In this document: positions 10,365 to 20,178 of the stretch, in pieces | Layout: every line of letters starts with the position of its first letter | How positions within the stretch are numbered: position 1 is the stretch's first letter | NCBI GenBank assembly: GCA_965649295.1 | Contig: CBFGKH010000006.1 | Coordinates: 32,001 to 96,000, forward strand | DNA: 64,000 nucleotides | Direction of reading: 5' to 3' | Source: a candidate division WOR-3 bacterium | GTDB taxonomy: Bacteria; Hydrothermota; Tepidihabitantia; Tepidihabitantales; Tepidihabitantaceae | The notes under the pieces: model-generated | What the model was told of the DNA's origin: nothing | The model's input: the letters and a program-made list of their open reading frames with translations, nothing else | The model's database searches: none | Translations under genes and position numbers: made by a program

Positions 10365-11252
10365 GTGGCTCTCTTTCACCGAATCGGCGCGGCAGCAAAA
10401 AGAATCTTTGCCGGACTTAGCAAGACCCGGCAGGCATTGCAGCGCGTGCTCGTCGCTGCCAACACCGAAGAAATCGAAGAAGCACTGCTCGGGGCCGACG
10501 TCGGCGTCAAAGCCACAGCTCTGCTCGTTGAGAAGGCCGCCCGAGCCGGCGAAAACCGCCGTGCAGTGCTCGAAGCCGAGATTGCTCGGCTACTACCGCC
10601 ACCACCGGCAAGCCCCAGCTCCCAAGGTCCAAGACCTAAAGTCATCATGGTCGTCGGCGTCAACGGCTCAGGCAAAACGACAACCGTAGGCAAGCTCTGC
10701 CGCCACTTTGCCGCAGCCGGCCAAAGAGTAATAGTTGCCGCGGCTGACACCTACCGGGATGCTGCTGCCGAACAGCTTCGCATCTGGGCTGAGCGGGCCG
10801 GAGTCGAGATTGTCCTCTCGCGGCAGGGCCAGGACGCAGCCGCGGTCGCATTCGACACGATCCAGAAAGCAATCGGCAACAACATTGACGTTGTGCTCGT
10901 TGACACTGCTGGTCGGCTGCACACCCGCAAGGACCTGATGGCCGAAGCCGCCAAAATCAAGCGAGTCTGCGGCCGGGCCCGACCCGGTGCACCTGACGAA
11001 GTTTGGCTGGTGCTAGATGCGACAGTCGGCCAGAACGGACTGCGTCAGGCCGCTGCCTTTCACGAACTCCTCGGCCTAACCGGCCTGATAGTTACCAAAC
11101 TCGACGGCACCGCCAAAGGCGGCATACTGATACCAATCGCCATGGAACTCGGCGTGCCCATCCGCTACATCGGCACCGGCGAGACAATGGACGACCTCGC
11201 ACCATTCGACCCGGCCGACTATGCCCGAGCCCTCTTTGCCACCGACGACTAG
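10365..11252 (+). CDS. ftsY: Signal recognition particle receptor FtsY
   Basis: GVNGSGKTTT, DTYR, DTAGR and TKLDGTAKGG. Confidence 0.96.
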   Translation: MALFHRIGAAAKRIFAGLSKTRQALQRVLVAANTEEIEEALLGADVGVKATALLVEKAARAGENRRAVLEAEIARLLPPPPASPSSQGPRPKVIMVVGVNGSGKTTTVGKLCRHFAAAGQRVIVAAADTYRDAAAEQLRIWAERAGVEIVLSRQGQDAAAVAFDTIQKAIGNNIDVVLVDTAGRLHTRKDLMAEAAKIKRVCGRARPGAPDEVWLVLDATVGQNGLRQAAAFHELLGLTGLIVTKLDGTAKGGILIPIAMELGVPIRYIGTGETMDDLAPFDPADYARALFATDD

Positions 11253-11255
11253 CAA

Positions 11256-12881
11256 CTAGGAGACTGGCTCGGCCGCCGCACTGTCCGCCTCTAACCAGGC
11301 CTCGAGAACCATAATCGCGTCACTCGCCGCCGCCTTCACAATCGCCGGCTCACGACTAAACGGCCAAGGCCGGACAATCCGCCGCAGCTCCGGCAGAATC
11401 CGCGTGACCCGCAACCGCGCCAGTCCGGTAATAGCCGCCGCCCGCAGACCAGGCTGAGGATCAGTCAGCACCGACAACAAGAAAGGCACCGCCACCGGAT
11501 TGCCAATCTCGCCCAGTGCCTGCACTACATTCTGCCGAACCAAATCACTCTCATCCTGCAGCCGGTCAAGGAGAGCCATCGTCGCGTGATAGTCACGAAT
11601 CCGGCCGAGTGCCGCTGCTGCAGTAGCCCGCACCACGGCATCCCGATCACGCAGCGCCCCAACCAGCGCCGGCACCGCCCGTGCCTCACAAATCTCACCC
11701 AGCGCCTGAGCCGCCACAACCCGTACGCCCACCGCAGACTCGGCCAGTCCCTGGACCAGCCGCTCACAGGCCCCTTTATGCCGAAGCCGACCCAGTAGGT
11801 CAATCACCCGCACCCGCACCGCGACCCCGGCCTGCCCGAGCAACCGAAACAACGGCTCAATCGCTGCATCTCCCTGCCGCTCCAGACTGTCAGCAGCAGC
11901 CGCCGCAATCATCGGGTCGTCGTCATCCAGCGCCGCAGTCAGCGCATCCGCAGCCCGAGCATGGCGGATGCGACCAAGCGCGGTCGCCGCTGCCAGACGG
12001 ACACAAGCCTCCTCGTCGCGCAAGGCAATAGCCAGCGGGTCAATCGCTGTCGGGTCACCAATTGTGCCCAGTAGCTCGGCCGCAGTGGCCCTGACTACCG
12101 GCGCATCATGCGCCAGCAGCCCGACGACCGGCACGATTGCCGCTTTGCCGCTGGACAAGATTCGCTCACGGGCACTAAGCCGAGCAGCGATGTCGCCACC
12201 AAGCAGAGCCCGAACCAGCGGCTCAATCGCTGCATCACTCACATATCGGAGTGCCGCGGCTGCTGCCTCACGCACGGTCGGATTGGGGTCATCGGCAGCT
12301 AGCCGGGTAAGGGCATCAACCGCACTCCGGCTGCCAATTCGGCCTAAGGCCCGGGCAGCCGCAATCCGCAACGCTGGACTATCATCAGCCAGCTCGTCAA
12401 TCAACGCCTCAGCAGTACGGGGATCAGCAAGCTCGGCTAGAGCCCGGGCGGCCGCAATCCGCACATTCTCATCAAGGTCTCGCAGCAGCTCCAGCAACGG
12501 CGCGACTGTCGGTTCAGTGCCAATCAAACCCAAAGCCGTAGCCAGCGCTGCCCGGACCGCTGGCTCGGGATCAGCAACATGGCTCGCCAAGAACCCAACC
12601 GCGGCCGAAAGCCGCAACCGACCGAGCAGCTCCGGCAACAGTGTGCCCGGCGAACCCTGCCAGTTGGCGATGTACTGCAGTACCGGCCCGGCCGCATCCG
12701 GGCCCAGTCCGACCAGGGCCTCGGCCGCCCTCGTCCGCACTGCCACGTCCGCATCGTCGAGCAACAGCACCAGCGCACCAGCGGCTTCAGCCCCTCCCAT
12801 CCGACGCAGTCTTTCGATCACCCGAATGCGGACTACTGAGTCAGCACTCGCCAGCCCGTTTAGCCAGTCCCTAACCGCCAC
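11256..12881 (-). CDS. HEAT/PBS-lyase repeat protein
   Basis: Many 'VR..AA.ALG.IG...AV..L...L.D' repeats. Confidence 0.9.
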   Translation of the reverse strand: MAVRDWLNGLASADSVVRIRVIERLRRMGGAEAAGALVLLLDDADVAVRTRAAEALVGLGPDAAGPVLQYIANWQGSPGTLLPELLGRLRLSAAVGFLASHVADPEPAVRAALATALGLIGTEPTVAPLLELLRDLDENVRIAAARALAELADPRTAEALIDELADDSPALRIAAARALGRIGSRSAVDALTRLAADDPNPTVREAAAAALRYVSDAAIEPLVRALLGGDIAARLSARERILSSGKAAIVPVVGLLAHDAPVVRATAAELLGTIGDPTAIDPLAIALRDEEACVRLAAATALGRIRHARAADALTAALDDDDPMIAAAAADSLERQGDAAIEPLFRLLGQAGVAVRVRVIDLLGRLRHKGACERLVQGLAESAVGVRVVAAQALGEICEARAVPALVGALRDRDAVVRATAAAALGRIRDYHATMALLDRLQDESDLVRQNVVQALGEIGNPVAVPFLLSVLTDPQPGLRAAAITGLARLRVTRILPELRRIVRPWPFSREPAIVKAAASDAIMVLEAWLEADSAAAEPVS

Positions 12882-12900
12882 CCCTATCCTCTTCTACTGC

Positions 12901-13251
12901 TCACCGCTCTTTCCGACGACCGGTTTCTGGACAGACCTCCGAACGGAGCCAGTCCAGATAGCGTTTAGAACCGACCGCAACCGGCAAGGCAATAAGCTCA
13001 GGAGTATCATAGGGATGCCTGCTCGTCACCGCCGAAAACAGCCGCCGCAAGCGCGAGCCGGTCGTCTTCGCCACCACCAGCCACTCGCGACTGGAGATCA
13101 CACGGCCCTGCCAGCGATAAGTACTCTGAACCGGCCCAACAACCTGCACACAGGCGGCCAGCCGTTCCTCAACAAGCGAACCAGCCAACGAACGGGCCAG
13201 CGCCAGAGTCGGAGTTGTTGTAAGAACAAAGAAATATCCCCTGGCCATCAT
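12901..13251 (-). CDS. cutA: Divalent-cation tolerance protein CutA
   Basis: LVEERLAACV, STYRWQG and HPYDTPE. Confidence 0.93.
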   Translation of the reverse strand: MMARGYFFVLTTTPTLALARSLAGSLVEERLAACVQVVGPVQSTYRWQGRVISSREWLVVAKTTGSRLRRLFSAVTSRHPYDTPELIALPVAVGSKRYLDWLRSEVCPETGRRKER

Positions 13252-13292
13252 CAGATAGTGCCACTAGAAGTGATAAACGTCAAGCCCTATAA

Positions 13293-13407
13293 TGTCATTC
13301 CAAGGAGCCCACTCTACCCAAAATGTCATCTCGAAGAGTGTAGCGACGAGGGATTGCCTCTCCTTTCTCCAAGGAATTCCACGTACGCAGACGCCGGTGG
13401 AATGACG
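13293..13407. repeat. Degenerate REP-like palindromic element (GTCATTCC...GGAATGAC)
   Basis: Terminal inverted repeat GTCATTCC/GGAATGAC, plus an internal second half-copy TGTCATCTCGAAGAG...CGACGAGGGAT. Confidence 0.45.
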
Positions 13408-13470
13408 GTGCGAATCGCCTCCTTTCAGGGCAATTTGACAGCCGGGCCTCGGCTCCTAGAATGAATAGCA

Positions 13471-14259
13471 ATGACATTGCAGAAACTACTGCCGGCAGTT
13501 CTCATAGCGGCAACCGGAGCGGTGATCCTGCGCTGCTCCGATGCACCGCTGATAACCCGTCAGGCCAGCCGCGTCGTTTTGGCCGAGACGTTCTCGACCA
13601 CTGAGTGAGCGTACTGTGAGGCCGCGGAGCGGTCTTTCGACAGCCTCGGACAGAGCTACGGTGACTCGCTGGTCCACGTGACCTGGTACCAGTCGTTTCT
13701 CCCGCTGCCCATTACCACGCCCGAAGGCGAGGCACGGGCCCTGCGCTACAACGTTCAGAGTATCTGGCCGTCGACCTACTTTGATGGATTCTACAAAGCA
13801 CCAATGGTCTCGGTCGAGGACTCGTTCTATACCGTCTATCGTGACTACGTTGACTTTGCCCGATCCCAGCCGGCAATCCTCGAAATAGGATGCGATACAT
13901 TGACAACCCGGCTTGGTCCAACGAATCTGAGCATCGGCCTCCGGATCACCCCAACCGACTCGGCAGTTGACGGTATGCGGACTCTGCAGCTTGTCGCGGT
14001 AGTATATGAAGACAGTGCTCCTTATCCGTCGTTCAGCGGTGATACCGCCTATGCTCGCTATTGTGCTCGAACCGTCATCGGTGGCGCCTGGGGAGTTCCG
14101 GTCAGTTTCCGTTTTGGTCAGGAGTTCGACACCGTGCTGACCACGCCCCTGGGTAACTGGACAACAGCACGCCTGGGCGCGGCGGTATTTGTTCAGGACA
14201 CGTCGAACCTGCGGGTAATGCAGTCGCTGCTTATCCGCCGGTTCCCGACCGGTCCTTGA
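13471..14259 (+). CDS. Predicted selenoprotein: Omp28-like thioredoxin-fold exported protein (possible lipoprotein), 262 aa, Sec46 (UAYC)
   Basis: ATG 13471 is in frame with ORF 13678-14259. Signal peptide, then RVVLAETFSTTE-TGA(13606-8)-AYC. SECIS-like hairpin GAGGCCG-CGGAG-CGGTCTT at 13618-13636. Confidence 0.85.
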
Positions 14260-14291
14260 AGAGTAATGTTGCTGATGTTGAGGAGTAGGCA

Positions 14292-14834
14292 ATGAAGCGT
14301 CTGTTTTGGTTGTTGGCTGTTTTGCTTGTGACTATTGCGATGCTCGGCGCGGCCGAGGAGGAAAAGAAGTATCCGAAGGCTCCGGATTTCACACTGAAGG
14401 ACATCAATGGCAAGGAGGTCAGGCTGTCGGAGCTGCTGAAGAACGGGCCGGTCTATCTGGAGTGCTGGGACCTGCCTTGCGTCAACTGCATTGCCGAGCT
14501 TGATGCGCTGGTACCGATCTATGACTCGCTGAAAGAACGCGGACTACAGATCGTCGCCCTGTCGGTGGACAAGCCCGGCGACGCTGCCCGGGTCAAGGCT
14601 TTTGTCAAGAGCAAGAAGTGGCCCTACATCGTTCTGCTCGACCAGCAGTCCAAGGTGAAGAAGGCCTACAGCATCGTCATCAAGCCAACCGCCTATCTCA
14701 TCAATACCGCTGGCGAGATCGTCTATACCCACATCGGCTATAAGAAGGGCGATGAAAAGAAGATTCGCGATGAGTTTCTGCGCTGGTTGCCCGAAAAGCC
14801 GGCTGCCGATGGGCCGGCGACCAAGGAGGAGTAG
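14292..14834 (+). CDS. TlpA/redoxin-family periplasmic thiol-disulfide oxidoreductase
   Basis: Signal peptide, APDFTLKD, WDLPCVNC and PTAYLI. Confidence 0.9.
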   Translation: MKRLFWLLAVLLVTIAMLGAAEEEKKYPKAPDFTLKDINGKEVRLSELLKNGPVYLECWDLPCVNCIAELDALVPIYDSLKERGLQIVALSVDKPGDAARVKAFVKSKKWPYIVLLDQQSKVKKAYSIVIKPTAYLINTAGEIVYTHIGYKKGDEKKIRDEFLRWLPEKPAADGPATKEE

Positions 14835-16326
14835 GCTGGGAGTCGGTTTTCGGTTCTGTCTTGTTGCCGGCCTGTTGCTGGCTATCGTCGGAGCGACTGA
14901 GCTGACGATTCAGGGTGTCAACCGGGCCGAGTTCTGGGCCTATCAGGAGAACTGGGCCACCAGCATTGAGGACAAGCTCGACCTGAACATCGGCTATGGA
15001 GACCTTGGTGCCGAGCTTGGTCTCTTTCTTTTTGAACCTTCCCAGCCCTGGACCGGCCTCCGCAAGCCGCTGCGGCTGCTCGACTATACGATTGCCTACA
15101 GCCCAGAGCAGTTCGAGCTGCTCTATGGCAAGTTCTTTCAGACGTTCGGCAAAGGACTGGCCCTGCGTGCCTATGCCGATGACGATTTCCGCCACTATAA
15201 GAGCCTGCACGGCCTACGCGGCACTGCCCATTTACCGTTTTCGACCGACATTGTAGTATTGGGCGGCCGGCTGCGCGAAATATTCTTCCAAGAGAACACC
15301 TACAAACTGCTGAATGCGGCTGACACCGGGTTCCAAGTTGTCGGCGCCGACCTTGAATCGCGGCCTCAAGACTGGCTGGGTTTCGGCGGACGTTATGTTC
15401 GCATCAATCGCGACTCGACCAAGGACCCGACACCGAAGGCTTTTACTGAACTATTTGGCGGCAATCTCGCCACGACCCTTGGGCCGGTTGACCTCTACGG
15501 CGAATACTGCCGCCGGCTTGGCACAAGACCGGGCATTGGCGGCCGGGAGACCGGCTACGGACTCTATCTGATCGGCACTGCTGCCTTTTCTGGTTACTCG
15601 CTGCTCGGTGAGTATCTCGACTACTACAACCTTGCCTTCCCGACCGGCACCTATCACTTCAACGACCCACCCACCCCAATCAAGTCCGGCGTAGCGCTGA
15701 ACCGGGGCGAAGATGAGCGCGGGTTTAGCATCGGCGCAACCGCCACCCCTTGGAGCACGCTCTATCTCGAAGCTGACTACGGCCGGCTGTATCGCCACAA
15801 AAATGCCGACGCTGGCGCAGTCGAGTGGGAAGGCAAAGCGCGCTACTCAGTGGGAGCGGACTGGACGTTTGAGGCAAAGTTCAATCATATGGTTCAGGAG
15901 AATGTTGAGCTGCACGTGCTCGATCGGGTTACTGATAAACCGACGATTCATGTCAACTATCTTCTCGGCGAGCACAGTTTTGCCCTCGAGGCCGAGTACA
16001 ATTGGGTCTATGAGGAACGCGACGACACGCCCGGTCGGGTAGCCGACACGATGCGCTATCACGAAACAGCAGTTGCCTTGAGCTACGGGTTCGGGGAAGC
16101 GCTGCTTTTCACTGCCGGCTGGCAAGGGGTGGACATGAAGCTGGACCGTCGCTACGCTGGCCAGCAGTCCTGGCCGATGTTTGAGGTGGTCTGGAATATC
16201 AACGAGCAGAACGTCCTGCGCTGTCGGATTGGCGCCGAGCGCGGTGGCTACACCTGCTCTGGTGGCGTCTGTCGGTTTGAATCGCCGTTCACTGGCGCCA
16301 AACTGCAACTTATCAGCCGGTTCTAG
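14809..16326 (+). CDS. DUF6029-like outer-membrane beta-barrel with C-terminal CxGGVC (start uncertain)
   Basis: Signal peptide, amphipathic beta-strands, GKFFQTFGKGLALRAY, C-terminal GGYTCSGGVCRFESPFTG and terminal Phe. Confidence 0.75.
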   Translation: MGRRPRRSRLGVGFRFCLVAGLLLAIVGATELTIQGVNRAEFWAYQENWATSIEDKLDLNIGYGDLGAELGLFLFEPSQPWTGLRKPLRLLDYTIAYSPEQFELLYGKFFQTFGKGLALRAYADDDFRHYKSLHGLRGTAHLPFSTDIVVLGGRLREIFFQENTYKLLNAADTGFQVVGADLESRPQDWLGFGGRYVRINRDSTKDPTPKAFTELFGGNLATTLGPVDLYGEYCRRLGTRPGIGGRETGYGLYLIGTAAFSGYSLLGEYLDYYNLAFPTGTYHFNDPPTPIKSGVALNRGEDERGFSIGATATPWSTLYLEADYGRLYRHKNADAGAVEWEGKARYSVGADWTFEAKFNHMVQENVELHVLDRVTDKPTIHVNYLLGEHSFALEAEYNWVYEERDDTPGRVADTMRYHETAVALSYGFGEALLFTAGWQGVDMKLDRRYAGQQSWPMFEVVWNINEQNVLRCRIGAERGGYTCSGGVCRFESPFTGAKLQLISRF

Positions 16327-16345
16327 TCTTTGGACAGGTGACAGT

Positions 16346-16483
16346 ATGAGGCGAAGAATCACATTTGTCGTGCTAGCGGTAGTCGGGGTTGCTGCCATCA
16401 TCCTTGGCATCCGGTTCGGCGACCCCGAGACAATTCACCGCTTTGCGGCCCAGATATGACTATCCTGCATGGGGCTCGTGTAG
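16346..16483 (+). CDS. Predicted selenoprotein: 45-aa CD1871A-like membrane peptide, Sec38 (ULSCMGL)
   Basis: MRRRITFVVLAVVGVAAIILGIRFGDPETIHRFAAQI-TGA(16457-9)-LSCMGLV-TAG. Matches the family ending 'ICxxCIG(L/I)'; directly precedes a 4Fe-4S membrane protein; hairpin GGGCT-CGTGT-AGCCC. Confidence 0.85.
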
Positions 16484-16503
16484 CCCACGAATGGCGGTAA
16501 CCA

Positions 16504-17763
16504 ATGGCTAAGCGTCGAATCGCTCCACACCGCATCGTCCAGGTCCTCTTCACCGTCGCCATCAACAGCTACATCCTGGCCTATGTCCAGCAGAAGGTGC
16601 TGTATCAAGGCGTGCTCAAGTCAATCCCCCAGCCGGTTCTCAACTGCTACGGCGGCCCGCTCTCGGTCTTTGCCTGTCCGATTGGCTCTACTCAGCAGAT
16701 GATTGGCCAGCACATTGTTCCCTGGCTGCCGCTGGGGATTTTTGTGGTGGTCGGTGCGTTTGTCGGTCGGGCTGCGTGCGGCTGGCTCTGCCCGCTCGGC
16801 CTGTACCAAGACCTGCTCTACAAGCTCCGGGTTGGGCCCCGGGCCAAGGCCAGACGCTGGCTCACGTTTGGCGTGATTGCCACAATCGCTGCTGCTATCA
16901 GCGCGGCGCTGGTCATTTTTGTCCGTCTCCCGGCTCTCAAAGTATTTGGCTATGGCTGGCTGCCCTTCACTCTGGCTGTGCTCCTCGTCGCCATTCGGGG
17001 CAAACTTGCCCTGCCCGCCCGGGTCTGGCTTGGAGGTTGGCTTGCCGCAATCGGACTTGGCCTGCTTGTCTGGTTCAGGTTCGAACCAGGGTTTGGCGTT
17101 GTGACTGCTGCAATCGGCATGGTGGTGCTCGGGCTGGCCGGCCGCTGGTTTGCCGCAGTGGTGGCGGCTGTTGCTGCGTTTGTGCTGACGTCAGTGGGGC
17201 CGGCGTTCGCGATCGGCCCGCTTTCAGGAGTGGCACTCCGGCTGGTGCTAGTCGCGGTCGCGCTAGGTCTGCCGCTGCTGCTTGATGTACTTCTTCGAGT
17301 CTCGCTGCCGTCGAGCCTCCTCAAGTTTGCGTTCCTAGTCCTGATTGCGGGCGTGGTGGCGTATGTCACTGCCGAACCCTGGTTCTGTAAGCTCTGTCCG
17401 CACGGCACGTTCGAGGCCGGCATCCCGCTTGTCCTCTGGGACCCAGTCAATGCCCTGCGCGGGCTGGTCGGCTGGCTCTACTGGGTGAAGATTGGGCTGC
17501 TGCTGGTGCTGGTCGTTGCCGCCATCGCTATCAAACGGCCCTTCTGTCGGATTATCTGCCCGATTGGCGCCATCTATTCGGTCTTCAACAAAGTAAGCCT
17601 GCTCCATTTGAAAAAGACCGAGGGCTGTACCAACTGCGGGCTCTGCCAGCGCATCTGCCCGATGGACATCGAGCCGCAGCGCGCTCCAAATCAGCTCGAG
17701 TGCGTCCGCTGTTTTGAGTGTGCTTGGCGCTGTCCCCGGTCGGGCCTGAAGATCCGGGTCTAG
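16504..17763 (+). CDS. Membrane polyferredoxin (NapH/RdxA-like 4Fe-4S binding protein)
   Basis: ACPIG, CGWLCP, FCKLCP, FCRIICP and two CxxCxxCxxxCP motifs; many TM helices. Confidence 0.88.
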   Translation: MAKRRIAPHRIVQVLFTVAINSYILAYVQQKVLYQGVLKSIPQPVLNCYGGPLSVFACPIGSTQQMIGQHIVPWLPLGIFVVVGAFVGRAACGWLCPLGLYQDLLYKLRVGPRAKARRWLTFGVIATIAAAISAALVIFVRLPALKVFGYGWLPFTLAVLLVAIRGKLALPARVWLGGWLAAIGLGLLVWFRFEPGFGVVTAAIGMVVLGLAGRWFAAVVAAVAAFVLTSVGPAFAIGPLSGVALRLVLVAVALGLPLLLDVLLRVSLPSSLLKFAFLVLIAGVVAYVTAEPWFCKLCPHGTFEAGIPLVLWDPVNALRGLVGWLYWVKIGLLLVLVVAAIAIKRPFCRIICPIGAIYSVFNKVSLLHLKKTEGCTNCGLCQRICPMDIEPQRAPNQLECVRCFECAWRCPRSGLKIRV

Positions 17764-17799
17764 CCCACCATTGCCGGCGGCCTCGCCCTGGCTACAATT

Positions 17800-18693
17800 G
17801 TGCCCTTGAGAAAACCAGCATGGCTTCGTGCCCGTCTTGCTGGCGGGCAGCAGTTCGAGCAAGTGAACGAGCGGCTGAACCGCTACGGTCTGCACACGGT
17901 CTGTTCGCAGGCGCGGTGTCCGAACCTGGCCGAGTGCTGGAATAGCGGCACCGCCACTTTTCTTATTCTCGGTGATACCTGCACCCGCCACTGCCGATTC
18001 TGCTCGGTCCGTACCGGCAACCCGCACGGCAACGTTGACAGAACCGAGCCCGGTCGGCTCGCAGCCGCCGTGGCCGAATTGGGCCTGGGCTATGTTGTGC
18101 TGACATCGGTTGACCGGGACGACCTGCCAGACCTCGGAGCCGAGCTTTTTGCAGAAGCGGTGAGGAGCATCAAGGGAACAAGAACAGTAGGCCGGTCCCT
18201 CGTTCCGCTAGTTGAAGTACTCACGCCCGACTTCGGTGGCAGAGCAGAGCTGCTGCGCCTGGTGGTTGAAGCCGGGCCGGATGTGTTTGGCCACAACCTC
18301 GAAACAGTGGCGCGACTGAGTCCACGCGTCCGCGACCCGCGCGCCTCCTACCAGCAATCCCTTGCCGTGCTGGCAACACTGAAAAGGCTCAACCCGGCAC
18401 TATTGACCAAAAGCAGCCTTCTCGTCGGGCTGGGCGAGACTGACGAGGAAATACTCCAGGCACTGCGCGACCTCCGTTCGGTAGGCTGTGACATCGTCAC
18501 TATCGGCCAGTATCTGCAGCCGGCCCACCACTGCCTGCCGGTCGCGCGCTATCTGCCGCCTGCAGAGTTTACAGCGCTGGCCGAGGCGGCACGGGCACTC
18601 GGGTTCAGACAGGCCTTCTGCGGGCCGCTCGTCCGCAGTTCCTATCACGCTGCCGAAATTGCGAGCTTGGCAGCGCCGACCAGCACCAGTTGA
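17800..18693 (+). CDS. lipA: Lipoyl synthase
   Basis: CSQARCPNLAEC, radical-SAM CTRHCRFC and VRSSYHA. The start may be TTG 17806. Confidence 0.95.
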   Translation: MPLRKPAWLRARLAGGQQFEQVNERLNRYGLHTVCSQARCPNLAECWNSGTATFLILGDTCTRHCRFCSVRTGNPHGNVDRTEPGRLAAAVAELGLGYVVLTSVDRDDLPDLGAELFAEAVRSIKGTRTVGRSLVPLVEVLTPDFGGRAELLRLVVEAGPDVFGHNLETVARLSPRVRDPRASYQQSLAVLATLKRLNPALLTKSSLLVGLGETDEEILQALRDLRSVGCDIVTIGQYLQPAHHCLPVARYLPPAEFTALAEAARALGFRQAFCGPLVRSSYHAAEIASLAAPTSTS

Positions 18694-20090
18694 TGGAGAG
18701 CAGCACCGCCGACAAAACACCGCCTGACCAAAGCCTGACCCCGGCCGCAGTTCGACGCGGACTGACCGTCTCGATTATCGAAGGCTCGTTTGCCACCCTC
18801 TACGCCACGCTCGCCGGCGGAATGTTTCTCAATGGACTGGCGCTGCTGCTCGGCGCCAACTCGTTCGGCATCGCCCTGCTTTCAGCAATACCGGCGCTGG
18901 TGACCGGCTTCGGATTCTTGGCTGGCTACCTCGTCCGTCAAGTCGGCGAGCGCAAGCGACTGGTCATCTGGACCGCCGGGTTTGGCCGGGCAGTCTTTGT
19001 CGTGCTGGTACCACTGCTCCTGCTGCGAGCAAAGGTACCGCTGGCACTCCTCTTTGCGACACTGGCCATATCAAGCATCCTGATGACGGTTGCCGGCACG
19101 ACCTGGCAGTCATGGATATCCGACCTGGTGCCGGATGAACGTCGGGGCCGGTTCTTTGGCCTACGCAACGCCATTCACGGGTTTCTTGGCGTGGCTACCG
19201 CCTATCTTGCCGGCCGCGGCATGGATGCCCTGAAGCTGCGCGGACTGGAGGCCACCGGCTATGGCCTGGCCTTCGGCCTGGCAGTGCTGTTTGGCCTTAT
19301 CTCAACACTGCTGCTGCGTCAGCCCGAACCGCGGATGGCCCCAAAACCAGCAGTGGGTCTGCGCGAGCTGCTCTTCGGCCCGCTATCTGAACCGCAGTTT
19401 CGGAAGTTTACCATCTTCCTCGCTGCCTGGTTCCTCACCGGCACCCTGGCATCGCCCTTCTACATCGTCCACCTGATGAAGAATCTGCATTTCTCGTTCA
19501 CCGCCATTGGTGTCTATTCGCTGGTGAGCGGCGGCAGTGGCGTGCTCTTTCAGCTCCTCTGGGGCCGGGCCATTGACCGGTTCGGCTCGCGACCGGTGAC
19601 CGTTCTCAAATTCTCGCTTGTCGGCATCATGCCCTTGCTCTGGGTCTTTGCCACGCCCTCGTTCCGGCTGCCAATCTGGATTGACGCGCTGATGAATGGC
19701 CTAGTCTGGTCTGGCGGCAGCCTCGGACTGTGGAACCTCCTGCTCGACCTCGCCGACAACCCCGCCCGCAAAGAGAGCTACTTCGCCATCTACTCGGTTG
19801 TGACCGGGCTTGGCGCATTCCTTGCCTCGCTCTTTGCCGGAGCCATTGCCCAAGCACTCTCCCAGTTCCACCTTACCATTCTCGGACGGACATTCGTCAA
19901 CTATCATGTAATGTTTCTCGCCGCCGGACTCAACCGGTTTCTGGTGCTGCCGCTGCTGCTCCGTGTCCAGGAACGCGACTCGAAACCGGTACGTCACGCG
20001 GTCCGGGCAATCGTCACCACTGCCCTGTGGCGGCTGAACGCCGGCAAGGATATTTTGCTCGATACCCTCGGCATCCGGCGCCAGGACTAG
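18690..20090 (+). CDS. MFS transporter
   Basis: About 12 TM segments; WQSWISDLVP..RRGRFFG and WGRAIDRFG. Confidence 0.88.
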   Translation: MMESSTADKTPPDQSLTPAAVRRGLTVSIIEGSFATLYATLAGGMFLNGLALLLGANSFGIALLSAIPALVTGFGFLAGYLVRQVGERKRLVIWTAGFGRAVFVVLVPLLLLRAKVPLALLFATLAISSILMTVAGTTWQSWISDLVPDERRGRFFGLRNAIHGFLGVATAYLAGRGMDALKLRGLEATGYGLAFGLAVLFGLISTLLLRQPEPRMAPKPAVGLRELLFGPLSEPQFRKFTIFLAAWFLTGTLASPFYIVHLMKNLHFSFTAIGVYSLVSGGSGVLFQLLWGRAIDRFGSRPVTVLKFSLVGIMPLLWVFATPSFRLPIWIDALMNGLVWSGGSLGLWNLLLDLADNPARKESYFAIYSVVTGLGAFLASLFAGAIAQALSQFHLTILGRTFVNYHVMFLAAGLNRFLVLPLLLRVQERDSKPVRHAVRAIVTTALWRLNAGKDILLDTLGIRRQD

Positions 20091-20178
20091 TCCTGCCTTT
20101 GACAGCTATCGCCGGGCGGCGATAATGTTCTCAATCCGCGGGCGTTTCCCAAAACCTCCGCAACAAAAGGAGCGTTCT

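Noticed and set aside
11968..13464. 498-aa + strand ORF and other long antisense ORFs (2799-4124, 58504-59385, 42839-43597)
   Set aside because: Shadow frames opposite well-supported GC-rich genes, with no motifs.
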